A stretch of 64,000 nucleotides of DNA from Podarcis cretensis (Eukaryota), in contig OX638154.1 of the NCBI GenBank assembly GCA_951804945.1, forward strand, positions 42,780,001 to 42,844,000. Direction: 5' to 3'. Position numbers and translations under genes: made by a program. Under the pieces are notes generated by a model. It did not search any database. It was not told the origin of the DNA and was given only the letters and a program-made list of their open reading frames with translations. Of the stretch, positions 47,945 to 58,886 are shown piece after piece; position 1 is the stretch's first letter, and every line of letters begins with the position of its first letter.

Positions 47945-48739
47945 ATGATGGCTACAGAATCTGGCTTGGCCCTGGGCACATTAGCCTTTGCTTTCTTTGT
48001 ACCGCTGTCGGTGGCTTCTCATGAGGCAGTGACCATTCCCGAAGCCCTGATGACGGCTTCGGGAAGAGTTGTAGTCAGTTCCACAAGCTGCAGCGTCACC
48101 TGTGGGCTGGGTTACAAGGAAGAAGAGTCATGTGAGATTAGGCCTGATGGGCAAAAGAGAGGCTGCAAACGACGGAAGGTGGACTGTTTGAACAGTTGGA
48201 TCTGTGGGATTCGGCACTTCACTGCCCTAGTGGGCAGGCCGTTCGAGATCAGCTGCCTAACCACTGCGGAGATAGGTCCCGACACCCAGAGCTTCAGCTA
48301 CACATGGAGGCTGGCCCGAGGCATCATCACAACAGATGATACTCTCTTTGCCCCTTTCAAGAATCCTGGCTTTGTCATTAAGCTTTACCCCGCTGAGGAA
48401 TACGATGCGGGGACGTACAGGTGCGATGTGCAGTTCATGAAAAACTACAAGGTTGTCAAGAGAATCTACTTTGGACTTCGTGTGATCCCCGGCGACATGG
48501 TGGATTTGAATTTTGACAAATCCTTAACGTTGGAACAGCAATCAGAAAGTGAAAATAACCAACAGAACGCCACCAGCATGCCAGCCCAGGGTCGATGGGG
48601 CTCTTGGCGCCAGAGGGCTGTGTTTGTGTTTCTGGTTGGCATTGGAAGTGGCTTGGTGCTCGGGGCCGTGCTGCACAGCCTTCTCTACTGTGTCCTGTGC
48701 CCCAACCACCATGAAAACGATGAACGTGATGGGGAATGA
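47945..48739 (+). CDS. TMEM81: Transmembrane protein 81 (sperm Ig-fold type I membrane protein), single coding exon, 264 aa
   Basis: Signal peptide, CSVTCG Cys motif, Ig-like domain ending DAGTYRCDV, NAT sequon, TM helix AVFVFLVGIGSGLVLGAVL; syntenic between RBBP5 and CNTN2. Confidence 0.93.
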   Translation: MMATESGLALGTLAFAFFVPLSVASHEAVTIPEALMTASGRVVVSSTSCSVTCGLGYKEEESCEIRPDGQKRGCKRRKVDCLNSWICGIRHFTALVGRPFEISCLTTAEIGPDTQSFSYTWRLARGIITTDDTLFAPFKNPGFVIKLYPAEEYDAGTYRCDVQFMKNYKVVKRIYFGLRVIPGDMVDLNFDKSLTLEQQSESENNQQNATSMPAQGRWGSWRQRAVFVFLVGIGSGLVLGAVLHSLLYCVLCPNHHENDERDGE

Positions 48740-48881
48740 GATGTGCTGTTTTGTAGACTTGCTATATTAGATTGCTCTTGTACATCACAATTTCACTATG
48801 TTAATCTTATCACTTCAGGCTTATGAAGATCATTTGGTGACGTTAATCATAAACATAGTTCCATTTGATTTATTAGAGAGT

Positions 48882-48887
48882 AATAAA
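48882..48887 (+). terminator. Probable TMEM81 polyadenylation signal
   Basis: First AATAAA, about 140 nt after the stop. Confidence 0.6.
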
Positions 48888-48917
48888 ATTCCATCCTGTG
48901 CCTTAATGGTAAAAGGT

Positions 48918-49257
48918 TAAGTGTGGGGAAACTATTTTCTGCCCATAGGCCACATTTTCTCATAGACAATGTTCAGGGGGCCACATAATGATGGTGGGTG
49001 GGGCCAGAGGGGAAAGTGGGTAGGACAAAGGATGAGACTCTTACAGTAGGCTGCATTCCAGCTACGAGAAAGCCAGAGGTTTCTACACTTGCCCACATAA
49101 CAAACCAACTTCTCCATAATGCAAGAGGTATCAGAGTTCATGGACATATGCCATGCAGGAAAAAGCACTCAAGGAGGACACTGGGGAGGGGGCCTGCCAA
49201 GGGGCGTGGCCTAGAGAGCCACACATGGCCTTCAAGTCTGAGGTTCCCAACTGCTGG
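48918..49257. mobile_element. Degraded hAT (Charlie-like) MITE
   Basis: GGGGAAC...GGCCACA...TGAGGTTCCC..CTG ends; related copy at about 23550-23830. Confidence 0.5.
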
Positions 49258-50308
49258 TTTGAAGCCAAAACTTCTGAAAGGTAGTGCAAAATCTGGGAGT
49301 CTGTAACAGTTAGTGGGTTCTGTGGTAAGAGTACATGCTTTGCCTGAGCTACACTACTGCCTTGGTTAACATTCTCTTGGGAATAATATCTGAGAATTTG
49401 ATGGACGTTCCTTTCCTGTAAGGTGGGTTCCTTGGCCAAATTCATGACCGGTTCTTTCTATGACAGGTGGGCCTCAGTGTGACAGGGAGCTAAGTGGTCC
49501 AGACATGCAGATGATGACACCTTAAAAGGGAAAAACCTAATGTTTTCTTCTTCTTATTGGCTCCCACTACATTTCGGCATTAGCTTGCAGGGGTTTTTTA
49601 ATTTCTCATGAAAATTCTGTATGGTTCCCATTCAAATTTCTCACGATAGACACATATTTGCTAACAAATTTCCCTAATAGCATGCATTGAATGTTATTTT
49701 TCACTAAGCTAATGTGTTTCTATACACAGGTTCTCCTGTACACACATTTTTGCAAACATTATTTGGTTGGAAAACTCCCAACACAAAATTCAGAGAAGTC
49801 CAAATTTCAGAGAGGAGCTTTGCTTTAGTTTGGATGTTTTGGGAAGTGTGAATCAGGTAGGTTCGCATTAAAATCCCAACCAAGCTTCTCCTTCCATCCC
49901 TCCCAGCATTGTTCAGACAATTTGAACCACCTTTCCACCTCTGAAGGCATAATTGAAATTTAGGGGAGTACTGCACCCCCTGAAAAAAATGCATAGTGTA
50001 TCTATCCTCCATGCATTTGCACAATTTCCCATGGTTGCCATCTCAGAGATTTCCCCAACATTTCAATACAGGATGGTATATTTGCCAGGGTGGGTGCTGG
50101 CTATGTTTCAGCTTAACAAAGACTCCACCCCCACTCTTACCCTGATTGCCTTCCTTTGTCCAGCTAGTGGGGATATCAGCACTATCTTATTTTTTCAGGC
50201 TCACACTTCCAACCCCTTGCTCAAATCATTCCCAACTTCTGGTTAGAAGAAATACACGTTTGGAAATAAGTCACAATGGATATGTTCAATGCAGTCTTTT
50301 TGAAGATC

Positions 50309-50314
50309 TTTATT
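50309..50314 (-). terminator. Candidate distal CNTN2 polyadenylation signal (alternative candidate at 53018-53023)
   Basis: AATAAA on the minus strand preceded by UGUA/U-rich UTR-like sequence; inference only. Confidence 0.35.
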
Positions 50315-51458
50315 TAAGAACTGCGTGCTACTGTAGCCAATAAGTAACATTAATCATCATCTGCTTACAATGCTTGGGGACTTTTTTTTAAGTTGTTCTA
50401 TTCATTTCTTTAAAAAAATAGTGTACAACAAAATTACTGAGAATGTACTTGCGCCACCCCCATTTCCTGTACAATGAAACTGGAATAGAAGAGGCAAAGG
50501 AGAGTTCTTGAAGATAGTGTAAGGTTTTCAAGTTAAGTGCGAGGAAGCCAGACCTGTGATTAGGCAAAGCCAGAAGAAAAATGTCTTCCAAGGGTGGCCA
50601 ATGTGGTCCCCTCACTTGAGGCTGTGAACTGCAACTCTCATCAATCACCCAGGGCCATTGGCAGTGCTGGTTGGGTTTGCTGAGGGCAGCAGTCCACACA
50701 TAGGGGCCGCCACATGGGCTGTTCCTGCTGTAGTCAGTATCAAAAGCTTGGGAGTCCACATCAGTTGTGTCATTACGATGTGGCTTTGGTAAGCTCCACT
50801 GCAATCTATAGAGTAGGGGTGGCCAACAAGGTGCCTGCCAGATGTTGTTAGACTCCAGCTCCCATCATCTCTAGCAAGCTTGGCCAGTGGTTAGAAATGA
50901 CAGGAGTTGTAGTCCAAAACACCTGGAGAATGCTAGGTTGGGGGAGGCCACAGACTACATTCAGCTTGTGTTAAGTTAATGGCCATGTTACCTGGAATGG
51001 GCATATCCAGCCCTCTCCATACATGGCCTTCGGAACGAGTGAATGACCACGTGCTGTTGCAGTCACCTTAGGCCACTGGGTTGCTTCAAAACAGAGAAAG
51101 CAGGAATCCTTCCAAACAAAACCATACCATGCATACCACAGAACACATCAATGACATCCCTGACCTTGCTTGACCTTCACGCTCCAATCAGATGGAGAAA
51201 ACCTTACTACCATCAGTGGATGAAAGCAGTGAAAGGCAGGCAGGCAAAACACGTTATTTGTGAAAAATAAAAATGCCGGTCTAAGTGTGGATAAAAACAA
51301 TGAAAATGAAAAACAGTGTGGATCATGCCTTAGTGAATTATTGTACTTAGCAGTCAGGCTAATCAAACCATGCTGTGTAATGGACACAACTATAATAGGG
51401 AAAATATATATGTATATTTATATATATCTTGGGGATATATAAGAAGGGGAAAGTTGTA

Positions 51459-51802
51459 CAGTGGTGCCCCGCAAGACGAATGCCTCGCAAGACGAAAAAC
51501 CCGCTAGACGAAAGGGTTTTCCGTTTTTCGAGACGCTTCGCAAGATGAATTTCCCTATGGGCTTGCTTCGCAAGACGAAAACGTCTTGCGAGTCTTGCGA
51601 TTTTTTCGCTCCCCCCCCTTTTTCTAAGCCGCTAAGCCGCTAATAGCCGCTTTGCTGCTTTGCCGCTAAGCCGCTAATAGCCGCTAAGCCGCTAATAGCG
51701 CTAATCCGCTAAGCCGCTAATAGGGTTGCTTCGCAAGACGAAAAAACCACAAGACGAAGAGACTCGCGGAACGGATTCTTTTTGTCTTGCGAGGCACCAC
51801 TG
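51459..51802. mobile_element. Tigger/pogo-like MITE, copy 2, with an expanded internal repeat
   Basis: Same TIRs and TA TSD as 10285-10571; CpGs largely intact. Confidence 0.88.
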
Positions 51803-52544
51803 TATTGTATTCTAGTATTCAGTTCCTAACAGCCCCGATCCAGGGAATCTCAACTGCAAGAGGAGGATGCAGAACTGCGGCAGCATTCAGGAAGCTGTTC
51901 CCTGCACACCCACAATGTGACCAGCACTGACCTCCCACTAGGTGACTGGCAGGAGGGGCACTGAGCCTAAGGTGGGCACTTGCTTCTCTCTGATGAAAGC
52001 AGGGACGGGGAACCCACCGCTGGAACAATCCTTGGCATTACTAGTGATGCCAAGCTGCATGGGGAAAACCTCTGTAGGTCCAGAGTGCCGATTTTTCAAT
52101 GTCATGGGAAAATGCTTAAGGGTGGGCAGGCTTAAGTTTTGCAGGATCCACTTTTTGGATTGGGAGGGAAAGGCGCAAAGGACGTACACTTGCAGCGTAT
52201 TGCTATGCAAGTTTGCTTGGAAGCAGATATGTACCAGATAGGCGCTTCAGGACAAAATAAAGTAAATTAAAATGAAAGCAGCAATACAAAAACCCACAAA
52301 TCCACACCTGAATACAAGCTCATAGATGACAGTTTGGGGAACTCCTGATCTAGCTGCAGTCTTTTCACTAACATTGTAAAGTAAGCCAGCATTATTGCAG
52401 GTATAGACTGAGAGCAGACCACCTAAGACAACACAATGAGTTAATGACAGAGATTTGATTCAAGCCACAGACTTCATAGGTCATTCCCTTTAGCCACTAT
52501 GTTTACCCCCAGCTCTCTGGGACCCAGAAATCTTTGCCAATCTA

Positions 52545-52915
52545 GGTAAAGGTAAAAGACCCCTGGATGGTTAAGTCCAGTCAAAGGCGACTGGGGTTGC
52601 GGTGCTCATGTCGCTTTCAGGCCGAGGGAGCTGGCGTTTATCCACAGACAGTTTTCCAGGTCATGTGGCCAGCATGACTAAACAGCTTCTGGCGCAACGG
52701 AACACTGACGGAAACCAGAGCACACACAAATGCCGTTTACCTTCCCACCGCAGCGGTACCTATTTATCTACTTGCACTGGCGTGCTTTTGAACTGCTAGG
52801 TTGGCAGAAGCAGAGCAATAGGAGCTCACCCCGTCACAGGGATTCGAACCGCCGACCTTCCAATCGGCAAGCCCAAGAGGCTCCGTGGTTTAGACCACAG
52901 CGCCACCCGTGTCCC
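52545..52915 (-). mobile_element. Sauria SINE, full length
   Basis: (GGTAAA)n tail at left, B box GGTTCGAATCC on the minus strand, CCAATCTA on both flanks. Confidence 0.9.
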
Positions 52916-53859
52916 AATCTACTGCAAGTCCTCAAGACAGCTATCAGTAGATGCCTCTCTACTGTCAGCTTGCCTGAAAACACTGATACAGTATAAAACC
53001 TGAACGTGTACTGCAGTTTTATTTATACATGGTAAGTTGGAGTATGAATGTAAATGTAACAAAAAGAATATATTTCAATGCATGAGAAGAAATAACACAA
53101 ATTCAAAAACAAATGCACATATAAATATACATACATACATACATACATACACACGTAATTTCACAGGGCTATTTATCATACATCCTAATCGTGTCTCACT
53201 TTTATATTTTAAAATACTGCTTTATTTTAAACAGCAAGTCTGAAGTCTAGAGTGACACTCATGGGAAAAAGTCAACTGGTATCCTTTCCAATCAACGTGT
53301 CACAGGTGAATTTTGCCAGTAATATGCCAGGGATATGAATATACCTGGCCTGAGCCCCACCTGAGCCCAAGGAAATGTTAATGTTTGCAAAGTGTCTCTG
53401 GCATGCCCAGTTCTATCCCATTCTACGCACATTACATAAACTATAACAAATTGTTTCATTAGCACAGCTATAGGCACGAAGTTCTCCACAGGGCTCAGCC
53501 TCGTTTGAAGCCGAGCGGAATTGGAAGTATTCTAGATTGCATGCTAGAATACAACAAGGATGTCTTTTTTGCTTCTCTGGAGAAATTCCCTCATTCTAAA
53601 ATACAGCCTACCAAAACACATTGATGCACTGCACAAATGCCTACCTTGCATGCTTTTAGATAAGGGCATGAAACACTCTTCTATGGCCCTCACAGGGGAC
53701 ATGCTCTGCCTCTCCCTTTCTGCCTGTGTGGAACAAAATCTCCCGCTTGCTTTTCTATACACCCTGACTTGAGTTTGCGCACTGCTGTCAAAATACTCCT
53801 TCAGGTCAACAGGAGGGAAGAACTGCAACAAAACAATATATGCAACTGAAAAGTACAAT

Positions 53860-54110
53860 AACATTTTCGAAGCAATTTGGAGTCCTCAAAGTGCTCCTCG
53901 TACATGATCTTAGAGATCCTTACAAATCATCCTGAAAGGCAAATCAGTATTATTATCACACCTCCTATTACAAATGAGGCACTGAGGTTGAGTGATAGCG
54001 GCTTGTCTAAGGCCACCTACTGCATCCATGGCAGAGGCAAGCTGTGACTCAAGGAACTCTTGGTTTACAGGTCATGTCTCTTAGCCAATCACAACGCTGT
54101 GTTAGCTCCC
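53860..54110 (-). mobile_element. MIR/Ther1-related CORE SINE (Squam3-like)
   Basis: CORE-like TTACAAATGAGGCACTGAGG...CTTGTCTAAGGCCAC. Confidence 0.6.
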
Positions 54111-57100
54111 AAAGAAATAGCTTCCAGCTAGAGATAGGCATATCTGTCTATTTCCAGTCTCTGTCAGTTTCTCACATGTTCGTTCACAAATCTATCACTT
54201 CCTGCTTTATCAATCTGCAATTTATTAAAAATCAATATAGAAATTCATATTTAAATATCATTTAAATATGTATTTTTATTACAAAAATCATATTTAAATG
54301 TGTATTTCATATCCATGTGTGCATTTCTAAATCTATTTTATCCTTAAAAAACACATATTATTATTTTTACACATTTTGGTATGTATTTTGGGCCAAGAAG
54401 TGCAAAATTGAAGGTCAACTATGGTCCAATTGACGTATTAGGCATGTATTAGCCTGGGAGATGCAAATAAGGTCAGTCTGCTTAAAAATGTGCTCTTTCA
54501 TCCCCACTTCCAACACTCCAGTGCAAGCTGGAGGATACCTTAAACACTTTCTTCTGTCAGGATAAAGATTTTTTGTTTGTTTTTTTAAAGACAGCTTGGT
54601 TTGGCACCTTCCCACCCCTTAGAGGGAGGAGAGAACAACCAAGGGTGTCCCTGGGAAAGAGCAGAAGAGGGATGAGATACAACTAGCTTAACACCAAGGT
54701 GGAACTCCTTGGCCAAGGAGGTGGGGCCTAGGCCCTGACTGGATTCATAGACACCCCACCTTAATGAAGAAAAAAGGCCTTTTCATGCCCTTGAAAAGAG
54801 ACAAGGCTACATCCCATCAAACTCAACAGAGATGAGCAGAGCAACAAGATGTATCCCGCCAGCAGCCATTTTTAACAGAATGCAAATGTAAAACTATTGG
54901 CATCACACTTATACACAATGCTAGTAAAGTTACTCTACAGTTTTTAGGTTTTCCACATTACCAAAGTAGAGCAGACTATGTTGAGGGAGTGATACAAGAC
55001 CACTGGAAAACAGGTTTCTGCGCCCTTTTCAGTTTGCGTCTTGTTTAAGCATCAAAATATCAAGGCTCAGTTTTTCAAACACCTAGCTGTCAATCACTTG
55101 GCCCTCTCTGCCCAGGTTGTCAGGAGAACTTGGTATGCTGGGTGAGCACTTCCTTTTCCATCCCATGTTATATTACCTCTCACTGTTGAGGATAGGTATG
55201 GTGAACCTGTGGCCCTCCAGATGTTGATGAACTTCAACTCCCATCATCAGTAATCAGCATGGCCAATGGTCAGGGATGATGGTAGTCCAGCAGCATCTGG
55301 AGAACCAAAGATACTCTGAATGCTGCCACCAGTATTTAATTTCTGAAAGAGCAAAATGGTGGAACTCAAGCTTGCCTGGAACCTGCACCCTCTAATCAGA
55401 TCCCACTCCATGGCTATCTAGAGGAGAAGTTAAGGTATGCTGCACATTTTCAAAGGCAACTTGGTTTGATCACTTGATAGGTTCCTGGTCCAAGCTCTAG
55501 CTTAATATAAGCCTAGTATACCACAATGTGTCGTGCAGAGATAACTCACACCTGATGCTTCTGAGTAACTACAAGTGACATATCTTGAGTAGCCACAGTT
55601 CAATGGTAGACCACATGCAGAAGGTCCCTGGTTCATTTCCCAGTATCTAGTTACAAACAATTTGGGAACGAACTTTGCTTCATATGTTGGAGAGATTCCC
55701 TTAATGCCAACAAAACTTCTTAATGCCAACCAATCTACCCCAAACAAGAAATATACCAAGCCTTCAATAAAAATAGAGCAAGAACTCTAAAATTCACATA
55801 AAATATACAAAACATAGCTATAACTTGCATTTGAACAACAGAAGAGCTTCCATCAAAAGGGGAAGCTAGCACATAATTTAAGACTAACATTTCTAAAAAG
55901 GATGTAAATTATGGAGGACAATTCACATTCTATGTAGGTACCTTAGGACTGGAGCAGACACAATAAAATAGACTTGTAACGAACCTTTTCTTTCTCTAGC
56001 TTTCTCCTTTGAAGGTGAGTGAAGTACCTATATTTACCCCCTTATTAGAGCTGATAATGGCTTGGGGAGACATTGCCAGAGTTAATCACCACCTCTCCAG
56101 CCAACTGAGTAGCTACAGGGGTTGCTATCCACATCCGTTCAACACTGTGAAATATGAAGAACGCCATCACCAAGAGGGAAAACAGGATCATCAAGCCATT
56201 TCTGTATGTTTAAGATCTGAAGAAGTTGTCTAATTGCTAAAAGAAGCAACTCCTGCACCTTAAACATTTCCCTTCAGAGACAAAATATGTGGGCTCAGTA
56301 GTAGTAGTAGTAGTAGTAGTAATATACCCCGCCCATCTGGCTGGGTAGCCCCAGTAAGCATCTGTCCTATTTTCTGAGTTCAGGATAGTACAAGGGTGTT
56401 TAATAGTGCTTAACAGGATTCCTACACTAATCTTATTGGTTCGTTCTTACAAGCTGTTTGGGGAGCTGAAGTTTTTTCCCCTTCCTTAGTCTACAAAAGA
56501 TGTAAAGCACACTAAGAGAGATCGACCAGCTAAGAACAAACATTAAATCACTGAAGAACGTTCTGAGAAACAAAAGGTGTCTGTCAGCATTCTTATGTCT
56601 CAGTTCAGGCGCTCGATTGATCTACTATTCAGTTCTGACAGTGATCAGTAGGCATTGAGAGGCATAACATTTCCAAATATTTATTGGTTTGGCAACCACA
56701 CATGACCTGAGAACTTTCCTACAGGTGGAAAGGCATGACAACTTAATAGATTGAATTTGCTCTCAGGTCCAAGGCAGGTTAATGGAAGTTTGGGCAGATG
56801 ATATTTCTATGTAAAAGTGGAAAGAGACCACCTCCAGTCTACCGCATTCAAATGTCCTTTTAGACAGACCCTGAACCTTTCCTTCCTGACATAAAAGCTC
56901 CTCTGGTATCTCTTTCTCTTCAGAACACCTAATGAAGTGGGGCAGGGGGAGGAGAAGGAAAGAAAACCAAAGGAAAATGCAAGAACTGGTAAATGCATGT
57001 GTGTTGCGCCAAGTGTGGCAAAGCACCGAAGATTACAAGAAGCACATACTGGGTGGAAGCCACATGGCAAGGCAACTTAATGTTTTTGGTTCCACCCATG

Positions 57101-57755
57101 AGCCTCAATTTTCTACTTTTGGCAACCCATTCACAAAGCTCTGCGTGCTTCTTCTAAAGTCTGGGGTGGGAAATGCTTGTCCATCACCATTAGCTTTCTC
57201 CACTTCAGTTGGTTGCCACGAAAGGCAGTGATTAGACTAATGATGCCACTCAGTGAGTTCTCCTTCATCTTTGAACCCAAGAGTCGTCAGTTCAATACTG
57301 GCTGGAATGATACAGAGCATGCTCATCTCTTTGAAAACCTCTCCCCAAAAGATACTGCGTTTATTCTGTAATTTTAAAAAAGAAAGAAAGAAAACAAGGT
57401 TCAAGATTGAGTTTAAGAGTCTGTTTCCTTCTGTACATGGTTTTGTAAGGCAGAAGAATCTACTGAATACAGTAATATGAGACAGCCAGTTTCCAGAATT
57501 CATATGAAATTCATCATTTTGTTTCTTCAGTTAAAAAAAACCACTGACTGATTAAAGACTCGTGTCTTGTATGAAATATTCTATTTTCTAAAAAAAGAAA
57601 AAGGAAGAAAAGAGTATATATATATATATATTTCTCTTGAGTTCTTTCCTACTACTAGTTGTAGTAGAAATTTGTACTCCCAATGGTCAGTTGTTGATTT
57701 GCTCTCTGGCTTGATGAGGAGGAATCCAACATCTCTCTTTAACAGGGGCTGGTTA

Positions 57756-57865
57756 TCAGAGCTCCAAGCAACCCATTAGTGCAGACAGAATTAGTGAGTA
57801 CATCAGAGCAACCACTGTATTTGCCACTGGATGGTCAGCAGAATTTTGCACCATCATACTGGTCC
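57756..57865 (-). CDS. CNTN2: CNTN2 last coding exon, GPI-anchor signal ([36 protein letters not shown])
   Basis: Minus-strand TTCTTACAG acceptor ending 57866; TGA at 57758-57756; hydrophobic C-terminus. Confidence 0.93.
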
Positions 57866-58847
57866 CTGTAAGAAAGAAACAATGCGGTTGAGTTGCAAAA
57901 ACACAAGTAAAAAGGCCCTTTGTTTTGAACAAGCAGAAGCTCCAGAATTTCCTGAAGTGTTTGTTCTGCGTTTTCCATTGTATGCTATGCTACAGGGGAA
58001 GGCGAAGGCGAAGGCGAAGGCGAAATACTGGCTCAGCAAGTCAGCATTGCTCCAGTACTGGAGCAAACTCTAGATTCCAGAACCAGTGGGGGCAGATTCT
58101 GGGAGCCTGGAGATCAACGCTATGCATATTTCTGAAGCATGGCTTGGGGTCTGTGTGTTCAATGAATGCATTCTGACGTATGTGTGGAGCTTGCCTATGC
58201 TCGCATGCACATATCTGCCACCACCACTTGTGATGACTGAATATGTGGAGTACCAGCCATGCTTCTGAAAGAGGTTCATGTGGTTTGTTCTTTAACTGTC
58301 CCTTGTTATGGCTTTGGATTGGCCTATTCAAAACACCCCGCTGATGGAAAAATATTTTTGAAATGGTTGAAGCCTATTGTGTGAATGTTTATGTATCGAG
58401 AGACATGTCAAGGGTACTTCAATCACCTGCAGTTCCCAGCTTCCCTTCCTATTCCACCCATTAAATACCCAGCTCCTCCTGTTACATGAAGGCTGTGCAG
58501 ATGTTTCTCAGTTTGCCCTTGACTCCCAGTTTATCCTTCTCAGTCCATCTCCCACTGCAGATCTTTCTCTTCCTTTTACATAAGAGAAGTGCTCATGGTA
58601 AGATAGGCTAGTTGAAGGATGCCCAACTTTTACTTACATAAGTGAAACAAAGGCCAGCCAGGAGAGAAGTATTCTAAAATACAAGCCATTTATAGTGGAA
58701 TGTATTTGCACAGAGAGTTTTGGTGATCTAGTCATTCAATTAGTGCATTGCTTAATTGATCACTCAACTGCTTGTGTTGCAATACATTTCTCAATATTAT
58801 TGATTTACTGATGAAGAACTACTGTTTCACTCTGTTCTTCTCCAAGG

Positions 58848-58886
<39 letters not shown>

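Noticed and set aside
51625-51722. CRISPR-like or telomere-like array
   Set aside because: No unique spacers, the units are not TTAGGG, and the context is a vertebrate MITE interior.
53279-53287. U12-type donor consensus GTATCCTTT (similar at about 12086 and 63851)
   Set aside because: Not at any exon boundary; all modelled introns are ordinary GT-AG.
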